Positions 46,701 through 60,399 of a stretch of DNA of 64,000 nucleotides are shown here, piece by piece. The position numbers and the translations under genes were made by a program. The number at the start of each line of letters is the position of its first letter. Positions within the stretch are counted from its first letter, which is position 1. Under the pieces are notes generated by a model. It ran no database searches. It was not told the origin of the DNA and was given only the letters and a program-made list of their open reading frames with translations. Location: assembly GCA_965113315.1 (NCBI GenBank), contig OZ220364.1, one strand, 5' to 3'. This DNA is from Podarcis vaucheri. Its lineage: Eukaryota.

Positions 46701-49700
46701 GGTCAAATGGATGATGTATTGGATTGTGTTTGCTTTCTTCACCACAGCAGAGACACTCACAGACATCATTCTCTCTTGGTAAGTACCCTGCCACACTTGC
46801 GAAGTAAGCGGGGGGACTACTGGATACTTCAATTCTTTTTCAGTTATCCATCTAGAATTGGTTGCTGTGAGGCAATTTGGTAAGGTATTCAGCTTCCCTG
46901 TAGTTATCCTGTGCTTGAGAAAAACAAACATGGTGGTGTTCAGGTTTATTATTTGAATGTTCTGTAGTAAACCATATACACAATGAGTGAAAGTTGTGTT
47001 GTTGGCAAAAATGTGTAGTTGTTCTGTTTGTCCTCCCAACCTAGAAAAAAAAGATATAGGGTCTTCTAGAGCAGGGGTTGGCAACCTAAGGCCCATGGGC
47101 TGGTAGCAGCCCACGAGGCTTGTCTAACCAGCCCATGGCGACCCCTGCCCCCCTCCGCCTTACCAGCGTGGTGCGTCGCAGGGACCGACTTCTGGGTTGT
47201 TGGCGCATGCGCACAGGTGCTCCTCTGACCTGGATGCGCACCGGAAATAGCGTGTGCGCACTCGTGTGGGATGAAGAAGCGCCTGTGTGCATGCACACAC
47301 ACGATTTCCGGTGCACTTCCATGTCGGGAGAGCACCGGAAATAGCGTGTGTGTGCACAGGCACTCCTCTGACCCGGAAGAGCGTGCGTGCGCACATGCTC
47401 CGGCCCATCCTCCGATTAAGGTTGCCAACCTCTGTTCTAGAGAGCAAAAAGTGAATGAAGAATGGGATTCTAGTTTTACGAATCTGATTTGTGGAGTGTG
47501 AGGGAGAGAAACTATAGGGATAGTTGTAGAGTAATCTTTGAATATTGTGATTCTAGTTCTGATTAAATGTTAGGTTCTGACACTATTGCATGTCTTGTGC
47601 TTTGCTAACAAATTTCCAAAGATTTGTTCTCAACAATGTAAATCCCTGTTAGGCAAACATTGAGCTGTATTGTGCTGACTTACTTGTCCTGACTAGAACT
47701 GAGGACAGAGATGATGTCCTAATCCTGCAGTATCTGTGTTCAAAACTCCTAGCTGCCACTTTGTCCAGAAGTCTAAAATGAAGGGGATAATTCCTGGGTT
47801 GAAAACATCAGTCATTCCCAGGCAGAGGGCCAGTCCTGATGGAACATCCCAATGTTACTCTCTTCCCAATGACTCTCCTCACAAATACTTGAGTAGTGCA
47901 ACTGCTGGGACATAACTCTGTTTGCAGGGTTGAGGATAACTTTGGATATAGACTTATCAAGGCTATGGCGAAAACTTAAAAAGAGAAGATACATCCCATA
48001 AAGGGTATGTGTGGCCTGTTCAATAGCTGGCCTTGTCATGTTGATTCTGTTCCATCTGTAGCTTCTCTCTTCTTCCTTCTGCTTATCTCATCTTTGCTTC
48101 TCTCTGGACTGTCAGTCTTTGTTCATCTCTAACCTGAGCTTGATTCTAGCTTTTCCATTTCTCTCAGGTTTCCCTTTTATTTCGAGCTGAAAATCGCATT
48201 TGTGATCTGGCTGCTCTCTCCTTACACCAAGGGCTCCAGCGTGCTCTACAGGAAGTTTGTTCACCCAACGCTCTCCAATAAGGAGAAGGTACTTCCTTCA
48301 GATTGCCCTACATATAAATCCTGGAAGTTTAGTGACATGAGATCATGATAGATTGCAGAAAAGATACTGGTATTAGCTCTGTCTGTGCTTGATATTAATC
48401 ATGTTTATGCCTGCTCGTAATAGATGTGTGGCAACTGCTGCTTTTACAGAGCAATAGTGAATTCCTAGTTTGTAACCTGATGAGAATTTGTTAGCTCTAA
48501 CCTGAATAAAGTAGCTTTATTCATGGCTCCTAACTGTGAGCCAAAGGGCCATGCATGGAGAGATTGAGGGACTCTTTGGAACAACATTTGTTGCAGGGCA
48601 GGGGACTATAACCAGAAGAGAAACTACAAACTTTTTCTGTGTGTGCAGAACTGCAGTCCATTCATGCATGAGGCAATATGGATTCTGGCTAATGTTTTCA
48701 GCATTTGCTGCTGTATTAATTGATCCTTTATTAATTTTTGGGACCTTTACTCTTTGTAGTCTATCCCTTTGTAGTCTACACTGCGATTAGTGGTAGATGC
48801 ATAATTACTCTCCTTAATCTCATGTAGTTCTAGCACAGGGCAAAGTATAGACATTGTCATTCATTTAGTTTGAGCCTGCAGATAAGGGGTGACAGTCTCC
48901 ATCCACTTGTAAGTGCCTTATGCATTTTTACCTTAGGACAGAATTTTTTTGAGTAATATTTCAGCCTTCTGGGAGTAGCATTCACTGGAATATTGAATTT
49001 CCTTCCTTTCAAATACTATATGTTAGTGCTGGGCAACACTTTGGGAAACTCAGAGCACTTGCTATACGATCCATTCTGCTGTGCTATCTAATATGTTTTC
49101 CTGGATTTCTGGATTTTATAGTTGGCTTCATGATGTTGGTGCAAGAAGGGGTTAGGATTTCAGGCAGAAGTGTCTCGAGATTCTGAAAAATTATGGATAC
49201 ATGGTCATAATGCTAAAAAAGAAGAATGTACTGCACAAGGAAACAAGTTCCATGTACGGCTTTAAATCACATGAACTATATTTAATCCTTTCTCTGCTAA
49301 TCCCTCAGTGTTGCAAAAGAGAGCTAGGCAGTCCCTAGGAATTAGCAGGCCAAAGGCTGGCTGGCTCTGTCTGAGGACTGCTTCTTACCATACTTTTTAT
49401 AATGATATTAGTATATCTGCCTTGTGTCAGTTATGATAGCACATGTATGTTTAAATGATGACTGTTATTCACAAAATAAACAGGTCTGATAATTGTGAAA
49501 TGATGAAGCTAATTCTCACTGTATTTGATAGGGATCCCATGGATCCATGTAAGGCAAAGGTATGCTAACACAAACATTCTCCCAGTCTGCATTTCTTGAC
49601 AAGCACTGTACACCTCTACATTTTTGGGGAGGGGGCACAAAGCACTGTATTCAATCACAATGTCTTTATGCATACATTTAGTTAAGCTTCCTCTAGCACT

Positions 49701-52700
49701 GACTTGACTTCTCAGACTGGTGCTGCTTTTTCATGCTGCTTCACATTCCTTCTTGAAATTCAGACTTCTGTATTTCTAAAGAGATCCAGAGCATGAGCAT
49801 AGCAGGATTTCAAAGTTTTATATTTTCAACTAAATGTTAAATCTGTTCCAAGCATGGGACTGACTAGGACAGTCAGTATCACACATTGGAAAATGTGGCT
49901 ATGGTGAATTTCCCACTAAATAACACTACGCATAAGGACATTTGAAGAGCCTGCTGGATCAGGCCAATGGGCCATCTAGACATCCTGTTCTCATAGTGAC
50001 TAACAAGATGTCTGTGGGAAACTGAAGCAGGGGCTGAAGAAAAGAGCACTCGCCTCTTGGAGTTTCCAGCAACTTTACTGCCTCTTAACTGTGGAGGCAG
50101 AGCATAGCCATCATGGCTAGTAGACATTGTTAACTTTATCCTCCATAAATTTAAAAGCCACTCAACTTGGTGGCCATCACTGCCTGCAGTGGGAGTGAGT
50201 AACATGGTTTCACTAGGCACTGTGTGAATTAGTACTTTCTTTTATCTGTCCTGAATCTTCCAACATTCAGCTTCACTGGATATGAGTTCTAGTGTTATGA
50301 AAGAGGGGGGAAACTTTTCTCTAGCCACTTTCTCTATGGCATGCATAACTTTAAATTTCTAATGTGTCACCTCTTTCTTGCCTTTTCTCAAAACTAAAAA
50401 GTTCCAAAAGCTGCAACTTTTGTTTCTCTTTCCCCTTGATCAACCACCTGCTGGAGTCAACAATGACTTTTGCACTCGGCTTGCTAGATCATCATAGTTG
50501 TGATACAGAATGCAAAATCAAGAAAGGATTCAGTTGCTGAGTATAGAATACCACAAGTGGATATTTTTGTCATGTGTGTCTGAAGTGTGGGAGGTCTTCT
50601 TGTAGAAGAGATTTAAGAAAATTGACCCCAGGAAGTAGCTTTTTTTCTGTGGCAGTTTTGGTATATGTGTAATTTGTTTTCTCCTTGATGCTGCTAATGT
50701 TGGGGAAGACTGAAATTGGCACAATGCTGAATTTGGCACAACGAAACACAATACAACAATTACATGAGCCTTGATGTTCATTTCCCATTTAAGAACCAAG
50801 GGTACATGCTTCCCATTTTTCTCCTGGGGATCAGATTTCACAATAGCAGGACACAGGGGTTTTTTGCTGTGAAGAACCTGTGTCTCTTCTCTTGAGTGGC
50901 TAATCATTCAAGTTCTCACTGGATATTAGTATGCTCTTGTGCTCTAAAAAAAAGGAGTATGAGCCAAATGGTCATAGTATACTGTATTGGCCTGAATATA
51001 AGCCACACTTTCCTCCCAAATTCCAACAGTGAAAAGTTAAAGTGCGGTTTATTTTCGTGACCTCAAGCTGCCAGCAAAGCGGTGCGGCTCCCCCCAGGAA
51101 GCGGCCCGGGTATTGTCTCTCCGCCCGCCCCCCCCCAATTTTAAAGGCGCGGCTTATATTCGGGCCAATACAGTATCTGTATTCTGATAAATAGGAGAGG
51201 TCACACTCTCAGTACTTCTAAACAAACTGATGAGGGTCTTGATTCCACCCAGTCTTGGAAGAGATCCCCCCCACTGTTGTTAAAACTAAGAATAATAGTC
51301 CTGAAATTTCTCTTATAGTTAATTGGTTAATCTTTCATAAAATTTGGCTATTTTAGAATCAGACTAGACATGACAAGTGCAGCTATTTTTGCTTATTGAC
51401 CTGCTAGCTATGTTTATGCCTACAGGTGAACAGTGAGTTCCAAAGTCCATACAATTCAATTGTTTCTGTAGATAGAGTGATTTGATAGCAGCCACCTTTA
51501 ACAATAACTAGCCCATGCATTTATAGAGTCTATCAGGGCTACATTCTCTCCAGGTTGGATAGACAAAACATTCTCTCCATTTCAATAGACTAAAATGCAA
51601 ATCAATCAGTGACAAAATCTTCACCAGACTCATAATCCAGATGAGTTTAGCTCAGCCTCTGATGTATGTAAGTCATTGAACCAGTGGTGTAAGAATTTCT
51701 TCCTGTGTGTTTTTTGGAATGGCAGTGGAGGAAAAATTTCCATTTTATAAGGTGATTAATATCAGTGAATGAATGTCAACATAGCATTAGACAGACTTAG
51801 AAGTTTCCAAGTTTTTAGTTTTGTTTACAAAATGCATATAAAATAAACATGCTAAATTAGATAAATTTTCTGTATGTCCTAGAAAATTTCCAATGCAAAC
51901 AAGGTTTTCTATTGCTAATTACCCAAAATTGCATAGGAAATTTTCCAAAAAGCTTTCCAGAAAAAAATCCAGAAATGTCCTATTTAACATTTACTGGAAG
52001 TCAACATGTTGACATTGATCTTGACATTGAAGTTAACATTTACTGTTATGTCATGATACTTTAAAACTGGCCTTTAGAATTATGCTTCATTGCTGCCAGA
52101 ACAAGTTACTGCTTGATCTTAGTCTTACTTAAAGATATATTCTTCTATGTGAGTAATTGTTTAAGCATGTTTTTCTTCTCCTCTTACTTGGGTTGCCTGT
52201 GTTAAGATGTGATGGGTACTTCTAAGTACATGATTCTCAAAATGAGAGGTGTTGGTTTTTCTGTTACCTTGTCCTGCTGAACTATTTTTGTACTCTGTAA
52301 TCTAGTGTATTGTTAATTAATGCGGCTGCATTTGTTCTGTTGTGTGTATAGGCATTGATGATCCATAGGTGATTCTTTTTCTCATTCCACCATGCAAGCT
52401 GTCGATGGATAGTTTATAACCTCTGGAAAGATTTACTTAGTCATTAGAGAAAGTTTGAAAGTTTTTATAATTAACAAAAGTAAAACATTATGATGACTTT
52501 GAGAACTTCTGTTCTGTTTTGTTGTTCAAACCCTATGGACTTGGACCTTCTTGCCTTATACCTAGTTGGACTATAAGTCCATCTAGCCAAGTATTGTGTA
52601 CACTGACTTGCAGCCTTCGCCAGGGTTTCAGACAGGCAACATTCCCAGCCCTTCCTGGAGGTACTGAGAATTAAACCCTAAGCAATTCAGTATTCAAAGC

Positions 52701-55700
52701 AGATGCTCTACTACTGAGCTTCAGCCCTTCCCCAAAAAACTTCCTCTTAAAAGCTTTTGTGTGAGTATGTATCATTCTTGAGGGCTATAGCTATGCAAAT
52801 AATTTTTTAATGTGGCCTTCCCCACCAATTAAATCCTAGGAAATCGATGAGTATATCAGCCAGGCCCGTGACAAGAGTTATGAAACTATGATGCGAGTTG
52901 GCAAGCGAGGATTAAATTTGGCAGCCAATGCAGCAGTTACTGCAGCTGCAAAGGTAACTCCTTATATACCTATGTGCCATATCAACCCTGTTCCCTTCTG
53001 TTGGACTTTTGGTGTCATAACTCTATCCCACTTCCCCATCTCCATGCTGTCTGCTAAGCTGTTCTTTCAAGTTAGACATGAGACAAACTCATCTGCAGCT
53101 TGCCATCTGATTGGATTTTATTCTGACCCTGATCTGATTTTAGGATGTATTTTAACTGATTACCTGATTTTATGTTAATGTGTTATACATTTGATGTTAG
53201 GCACTCTGAGCCCGGTTTTGGCCGGGGAGGGGGGTATAAATAATTTTGTTGTTGTTGTTTTTGTTACCTGACCCAAGCTGTGTCCCTCTCATCTAACTGC
53301 TGTCGTGTGTTCTTTTCCATTGGAAGCTGTTTTAGCATGTCCTCTGATGTGTTCTGAATGGTTCAACTCATGTGAATAGTTACAACTAGAAATTGTGTCT
53401 TAAAGGGCCAAGGAGTTTTGTCTGAAAAACTACGGAGTTTCAGCATGCAGGACTTGACTTTGATTCGGGATGATGACACTGTGCATTTACGGAGCCCTGA
53501 GCCACGCATGCGTACTTCTGCTACTGGTCATCTTGAAACTGTTGATGATTCAGGTTAACAGCAATCCATTCATATTATTTAATGAGGGCAGATGTCTAAG
53601 AGTTGTGGGCTTGGGGCAAATATTGTAGCGTCTAACTTCAGTGGTAGTTAGCTGTGTTTATGTTTTGAACTTGGAGTTCATGCACACCTATATTTCATGC
53701 AGTACTCACAATTGCAATGGACATGCTGCTTAAAGAAAGAATTCACATTTTCCCAGCAGCAAGATATTATAGCTTGGGCCATGCTACTCATGACAGCAGC
53801 AGGCCCGTATTTTTAAATGTGGGTATTTTCCAGTAATATATAAAGCAAGGCGTGGAAGCATAAAAGGAGGTTTCTGTGTTCACATACACAAAACAACTTC
53901 TTTTATCTTTATCTTCTATACCTCTCTGTAATTTTCATTCAACCAGTGATCCTAGCTAGAAGATAGACTGGGGGAGGGGAGAGGATGTGTGCAAAGGAAG
54001 GGTTTGATCTCCTCTACACCTGGGCACCCCTTCTTCACTTTACACTGCACACCACCAATCCACACTGGTCTGGATTGGGGGAGGAACCAAACTCCTGTTA
54101 CTTTTGTTACAAGGGGGGTGGGGAGGTGAATCCCAATAAAGTGATTCAAAGAGTCATTTAAAGACGCTGAGTCTTTTGTCACCTTGACAGTTTGATTCTC
54201 CACAACTTTCCATAGACATCTGAAGGCTCCCCTTTTTGGGAAGTTTTTAATGTCTGATGTTTCACTGTGTTCTGTTATATTCTGTTGGAAGCTGCCCACA
54301 GTGGCTGGGTCAACCCAGTCAGATGGGTGGGGCACGTGTGTGTGTGTAATATATTATTAGTCGCCTTAGTATTAGTATTATTTATTTTCTCCTTTCCTTC
54401 AAGAACCCTGGTATCAGAGATGGCATTTTCGTTTTCTGCTCCTCCTCCATATTAAAAAATAAGGGGCATCTCTGTTTTTGGTTTTCTCCTCAGGTGCATC
54501 CTGTTATTCCTCATCGGAAGAGATGACTCTGTCTCAAAGACATAATGGGGCCCAGTCTGATGCCAGAACAGACCCATCAGATGACGATACAGGAGACAAA
54601 GTTCCCAAACGGACCCAGAGCCTTAAAGCTCCTAAGAAAGTGACAAAGACTGAGGTGAGCTGGATGTAATTGTTTGGAAAGCTTGCAGCTGGATCCTGCC
54701 TCATGTACAACTTGTGTGCTTCAGCTTGGCACATAATCCCTTTTAATAGCTGCCCCTCCCTTGCAAGTGTGCTTTGCTTGCCTGCCAGATATCTTTCACT
54801 ACATTTTGAAGTATTGGACAGGATTCAACTAATAGGTCCCATCAGCAGAAGCCTGCACAATAACTTGTACAAAAGGGCTTTCTCCCCTGCATCCCCCAAA
54901 ATTGGCTCGGAGGGGATCAGGAGAACACCCAGAACTGCTCACGAGAAGGAAAGAGGGATCATTCTGTTTGGCAGGCTGAAATGTTTGCAGTAACAGAACA
55001 ATCAGAAGAGTGTGATGTTGAATTCCTCCTGTTGTTTCACATTCCTATTCTGTCAATAATTTAAATGCCTCTTTAGTAAGAATTTAAGGCATTACTAAGG
55101 GCTGAAAGTAGATGTGATGGCAGTAGCAACTTGTTTGTTCATTTGCACCATTGCTATGCCAAGCAGAGAGTGGATAGTGTCTCATTTTTAAATGAGAATG
55201 TGCATGACCAGCTGAATACTTCTTCATTCATTTGCTTACCTTCCCATGCTCTATTGTCCCCACTCCCCTCTTGCAGTACTGGAAGTTGGCTGAGCTTTGA
55301 GAAAGGGCTTGGGGTGTTGGAGCATGGGAAGGAAAGACAGAGGAGGGGAGATTCAACTTCCTTCTCTTATGTACTCCCTTTTGATGTTAAAGTTGGACTC
55401 CCCTGCTTCATTTGTGAATGCATAGGCACATGAATGAATAAACATGAATGTGCTACTGCCGCATCTTATTTGGCACTCAGGATGCATCCAGTTTTATGAG
55501 TTTTTGCATGATCTGCTGCTGACATTAGGGGCACAGCCTGCAGACATTCCATCAGCTGTTTTTGTTTGGGCTCCACTTCTTGATTTTTCCAGTGCCAAAA
55601 TATATTATATAGTATGGTTTTATGTTGCAAACAACTGGCTCAAATAAGATTTTCTGTGTGCGCAGTTTGTGCACATGTCCACGCATCCAGCTTTTAATCT

Positions 55701-56840
55701 TAGATTTTTCGTAGGAATTCCACTGTATCAGGTCCACGCCACACCTTGAAGAAATGTTTCCATGCTGTGGTTTTCTGGCCTCTCCCTTCAATAATTGCTC
55801 CCTTGTCCTTCAGTAACCTTTTCTGCTCTGGGTATATACACAACTATATGGGGATATCAATTTTCATTTTGTTTGTAAAAATCAAAATTAAATTACTATT
55901 TTTAGGGGGAAAGGCCCAACCAAAAATGCACTAATGAGCTTCCATATATATTTCACATTAAGAGGGAATTTGGATTAAATGTCAAAAAGCATAGGCTGGC
56001 ATTTTGATGATGACAGTCTCCTGTGGACTGTGCAAAAATACTTGTGTGCACGGACAGCACCAGTTTCACAATAAACCTTTATCTGGAAGCACCCCTTGTT
56101 AAAGAGCTAAAAAGTTTCACATATTTGACATTAATTGAAATTTGGTGGTGGTCTTGCTGGCCACATGCAGCACATCAGGTCATTTAGTGTAGAGTGTAGA
56201 GTGTAGAGTGCTGTCCTGGCCCCCAGCTAGATTACAGCTGATGGTATATCATTGGGTGGCAGGAATTGGCTGTGGCTGGCTTCCTTCATGAAGTTTTGGG
56301 TTGTATCTGAATCAAAGGTTTCCTACACATCTGGACATGCCTTCAAGAGTAGCTGAAATTATACTGGTTACTCAGTTTGATTGCTCAGGTTCTGTTTCTG
56401 GAAATAATTTTGAAGGAGCTGGTAAAGAGCCAGGAAATGGCTGTGTAGGAGAATAACCTATTTTATTTGAGTGCCCTCTGCTGACTGCTTTATAGGTTTG
56501 TTTTATTTTTTTGTCATTTTCTGTTAGTGCTGCTGTACCAGAAGTATTTCTTATTCTGAGGTTACTAATTGAATTGATTCATTAATAGAATTACAGAAGT
56601 AAGAGGGCTTAAAATTGGATAGCAATCAGTTCCTTTTGTTCTAGAAGCAGGAGTTCAGTGAATGATCTGAGGTCTCAGCAAACATTTCATCAAAGCTCTT
56701 TCTTTTTTAAAACTCCTTGTCCTGCAACTAGTTTCATGTTATTTCTCTCCTCTCTTGCTTTCCAGCCCCCACAAAAGACTGTCAAAGCCCGTCCCAAGAA
56801 GAAAGTTACAGGTTCCAGTGCTGCTGGCGAGTCAGCCTAA
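40747..56840 (+). CDS. REEP2: Receptor expression-enhancing protein 2 (ER-shaping, TB2/DP1 family), 8 coding exons, 801 nt, 266 aa
   Basis: [56 protein letters not shown]...; phases consistent; syntenic position after KDM3B. Confidence 0.96.
41375..41447 (+). CDS. REEP2: REEP2 exon 2
   Basis: tccag|[24 protein letters not shown]|gtaagt. Confidence 0.96.
44549..44762. mobile_element. hAT (Blackjack-like) MITE
   Basis: TAGGGATGCC...GGCAACCCTA termini; degenerate TSD attagtaa/attaatca. Confidence 0.65.
45822..46183. mobile_element. Tc1/mariner (Tc2-like) MITE
   Basis: TA|CCGTATTTTTCGCTCTATAACAC...GTGTTATGGTGCAAAAAATACGG|TA. Confidence 0.88.
46702..46778 (+). CDS. REEP2: REEP2 exon 3
   Basis: tgcag|[25 protein letters not shown]|gtaagt. 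Confidence 0.96.
47072..47434. mobile_element. hAT-Charlie-type MITE
   Basis: CAGGGGTTGGCAACCT...AGGTTGCCAACCTCTG TIR; perfect 8-bp TSD TTCTAGAG; internal caccggaaatagcgtgtg repeats. Confidence 0.92.
48168..48288 (+). CDS. REEP2: REEP2 exon 4
   Basis: ctcag|[40 protein letters not shown]|gtactt. Confidence 0.96.
49931..50440 (-). mobile_element. CR1 LINE 3' region
   Basis: gagcctgctggatcaggccaatgg...ctgaatcttccaacattcagcttcactgga (reverse of the [10 protein letters not shown] motif). Confidence 0.8.
50982..51173. mobile_element. Tc1/mariner (Tc2-like) MITE
   Basis: TA|CTGTATTGGCCTGAATATAAGCC...GGCTTATATTCGGGCCAATACAG|TA. Confidence 0.9.
52545..52733 (-). mobile_element. tRNA-derived squamate SINE (Squam3-like)
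   Basis: Reverse: GGGAAGGGCTGAAGCTCAGTAGTAGAGCATCTGCTTTG... tRNA A-box head plus ...ctagatggac...gtataaggca tail; a degraded + strand relative lies at ~17455-17540. Confidence 0.7.
52840..52953 (+). CDS. REEP2: REEP2 exon 5
   Basis: cctag|[38 protein letters not shown]|gtaact. Confidence 0.96.
53406..53553 (+). CDS. REEP2: REEP2 exon 6
   Basis: taaag|[24 protein letters not shown]...ETVDDS|gttaac. Confidence 0.92.
54494..54654 (+). CDS. REEP2: REEP2 exon 7
   Basis: ctcag|ASCYSSSEE...[30 protein letters not shown]|gtgagc. Confidence 0.92.
56766..56840 (+). CDS. REEP2: REEP2 exon 8 (coding part)
   Basis: tccag|[24 protein letters not shown]. Confidence 0.92.
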   Translation, partial: PPQKTVKARPKKKVTGSSAAGESA

Positions 56841-58156
56841 GGACATCCCAGCCTGTCTGTCCTAGGGCTCTTCAGACTCTTTGATGAGCACTCTCCAAGG
56901 AAAGGGAGCTGAGATCATGTACATAACAGCTACTGCTTTGTAGAGCTCATTCCAAGGCAAGAGGGTGACTGAAATTTGGCACACAGATTAGAGGATGGCC
57001 ATCCTCAGGAATTATTTACACTTCATCTCTGTGATGGAGAGAATGCTAATCTGTCTGTACATAGCCTGTGGTTTTGGGATTCCCTCTCTGTGTGTAACCC
57101 TAATAGGGAAACTCTTTGCTGGAACAACTCTTCAATTAGGGTTAGAGCCATCTTTGACAGAGAGGCTGGAAGAAAAATAAATCAAGACGGGTGCCACTGA
57201 AATTCTAATTGGAGGTGGGGAGCTCCCCAATAATATTTAAGCATTTCACTGGTTGTCATGCTGTAGCTGCTGTGGGGAATTGTTAGGAAGTGCCTGGAGC
57301 AAAGTGACTGGTACTGAGGGAAAGTGTTATCTAAACTCATTTGGGCAGAAGCAAGAGACAAAAGTGTAGGTTTGCTTGGTGCTTTGCTCCATGGGCAACT
57401 GCTTGCCTGTGGGATTGGGTAAAGTGGTATTTTTTGCAGGGAGTCTGTAGATGTTTGGGAGAGGGGTGGAAGGTGAGAATGCAAGTGGCTGGCTTCTTTA
57501 CCACTATCTGGTGCCTATTTCTAAGCAGCCTCTTTTGCTTGGTTGAAAGCGTTTTAACTCTGCTCATGGTAGATGTTGCGATGGTAGAACTATTTGCATG
57601 GTTTTTTTCAAGTAGAATAAGGCTGGGAGGAAGGTGACGAAGCTAAGAGGACCACGGTTGGAGCAGGGGGTGTGAGGGTGCCTCGGCACACATCAGTCTC
57701 TCCAAAGAGTTGAAATCCTGAATTGCCACTGTCTAAGAACCAAACACTTTGGCCCCCTGCTTCAGAGTTGCCTTTATATTTTACAGGTCAGTCTGTTTTC
57801 TGTAAGAATTGTTTGGAAAAGGCATGTGTATGGAAGAAGCTGGAGGAAATATGGATGGTACCTTAAGTTTCTGCTGTGTTCTTAATTATGCTTTATTTGC
57901 ACTGGGAATATAAGGTTGGAGCTCGATCAGTGTAGCCTGATAAGTAGGCAAAAAGTAGCAACCCTTTTTGGAGCTTTTCTGGCATTTTGTAATGAGGTAA
58001 ATAAGTGATGGGACATTCCTAAATGATTCCATGGGTGGATAAAGGATAATGTTACTTGGCTCTCAGGAACTACTCATTTCTGCCACCACTGACTTCCATC
58101 ATTCCCTCTTAACTCTGGTTACATTTTGGAGCCAATATTATTTAGTGTTTGAGGCT

Positions 58157-58295
58157 ATCATAGAATTGTAGCATTGGAAGCGACCCTGAGGATCATCTAG
58201 CCCAACTCCTTGCAGTGCAGGAATATGCAGCTGTCCCATACAAAGATCAAACCTGCAACCTTGGCATTATTAGCACCACGCTCTAACCATCTAGC
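58157..58295 (-). mobile_element. tRNA-Ile-derived SINE with CR1-like tail
   Basis: Reverse: TGGTTAGAGCGTGGTGCTAATAATGCCAAGGTTGCAGGTTTGATC (tRNA-Ile AAT-like) plus TTCCTGCACTGCA...CTTCCAATGCTACAATTCTATGAT. Confidence 0.8.
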
Positions 58296-60399
58296 ATTCT
58301 CTGAAAAACTGAATTCAGTTTTGTATCAAATCAAATGGATAAATAAATAATGATAAACATTTCTGTTCCAGACAGTTTAACATATACAGATATGACTGTC
58401 CTGATCTAGGGCTATAGTGCAGGGATACTGAGACACATAGTATATAGATAAACGCTGCTGTTCTCTAACCTAGCCCTTTAATAAATTATCCAACTTCTGA
58501 ATATGTGCCAAAGCCACTAGTCTTTTAAATAGTGGAGCAAATATATGAGATCTAACAGTGCTGGAAACAAATTTCAGTTGCCTTCATCTACTATAGGTTA
58601 AAGGCAAATCGGGCTGATGTTGGGTATGCAACATGCCCACGCAGCTGCTTCACTATGCAGTTTAAATCCTTTTCACTACAGGCTGACATGTACTGCTTCC
58701 TAAATAAGTTTTTTAAGAAGCTAACCTCCATTGAGTTCTGTGAGACTGCTTCCTAATCAGTGTTCTTTAGGATTGCACCTTTAGGCACATTTTTAAATTT
58801 CTATATTTTCAGAGCAGAGAAGGCTTATCATTAAGATTCCATAGTTGAAGAGACTCCTTTTATCCTCTTCCAAATCAGTTACAAACCTGCACTCGTGTGC
58901 TGTACTTCTCTTCTGGACACCTGATAGTTCAGCCTATGCAAGTTCAAAGAAAATGAATCACAACATTTTTGCCATTCTTTTTGGCAGCGGCTGTTTAATG
59001 CCAAAAAATTGGCAAGCTATAATTACAAATTACATTTTGTAATTTGTCAAGGATGCAGACCCTAAATCTCAGATTAGGTTTTTACTATTTGGAAGGTACT
59101 TTGGTTTGCTGAGTGTGAGAATGTAGAAACATACTGTACTTTTTACACAGCTGATCCCTCTCTCCTAGTACCATGCAATTAATCTTCAGTAGTTTTGTTT
59201 GAATCAAGTAGGGGTTTACATGTGAAATGGCTGCACTTCCTTATGCTTGGAATATGTATGGCTGGGGAAAGTGCATTTGAATGCTGGGCTGGCTGTAAAT
59301 GAGACATTTGTATTGCTGTAGTATATGAAAGGGAAAGCCTTTCTGTTTCACAGAGAAAGCAGCACTACTTTTATCAACTTGTTTGCTTTTATCAACTTGT
59401 GTTTCAGCAGCACACTGTGGTTGTTGCTTGTAGGTACTGCCTTGTGTTTTTTACAGCACATACATCAAACTCTTTCCAGCATCCTTTGTATGAGGCAGTA
59501 CTTTTGCATAGAAGTTGATAAACTGGGATCAGGGTTAGCACTTCTCCTAGAAGTGTGCACAGTTTTTCAGCAGTTCTTCCAGTGAAGTATAAGGATGGGA
59601 TGATGCTAAATAACTTGAGCCCATTCCCAGAGATGCTTAAGTCCTGAGGCAGTTTCTACCTTTTCATATTAGCCTGGTTTGCTTCTCAGTCCCCATCTTC
59701 TCACCACATCCTGTTGGGTCAGTTTTAATTGTAGTCCAATTGGGTGTTTTACTTTTATTATACTTATTAAAGTATTTCTAAACCACTGGCTCATAAGAAA
59801 ATATCAGGATGGTGTGCAATGTGTAAGTATTCAAACAATCTAAAATACAGAACAATTGACCTACACTGAATCAGATTAATCCTCTGAAAACAATTGTCAT
59901 AAAAGAAACGTTTTCAGCAGGCAACAAAATATCTAAATTGTTAGGCATCTGGTTTTTGTTGGTTTGCTTTTGTGTAACACCATGTGGTCTTTTCATATTT
60001 GTGTCCCTTAATTATTTTAAATTTCCTATCAGTTTTATGTTTAAGAACATCATTATCCTGCAGCTGGGCTTCATATTCAGCTTGAAGATCAAATATATAT
60101 GGGAACCTGCCAGAGGCCCAATAAACTTATTTTTGATGCATACTTCAGGCTGCAAAAATTGAGTCAGAGGTTAGATAGCTGGCAGGCCCTCGTATATGGC
60201 TGGTGGGCTGCATTTGGTCTGGTGGCCTATGCTGCACACACCTGTCAGGGGACATAATATTCCACATCTTACCTTTCTCGGTTGTTCTTCATAGGATAGT
60301 TTCTAAGATCTTGATCCATTTATTTACTGTTCTGTCATATATGGGAGGAAACAGAGTGACTCAAGATACGGTACTTCACATGACTGCTTTTTCCCCTAG

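Noticed and set aside
58225-58295. tRNA-Ile gene (likewise tRNA-Lys at ~23770-23838)
   Set aside because: Degenerate stems fused to a CR1-like tail, so these are SINE heads.
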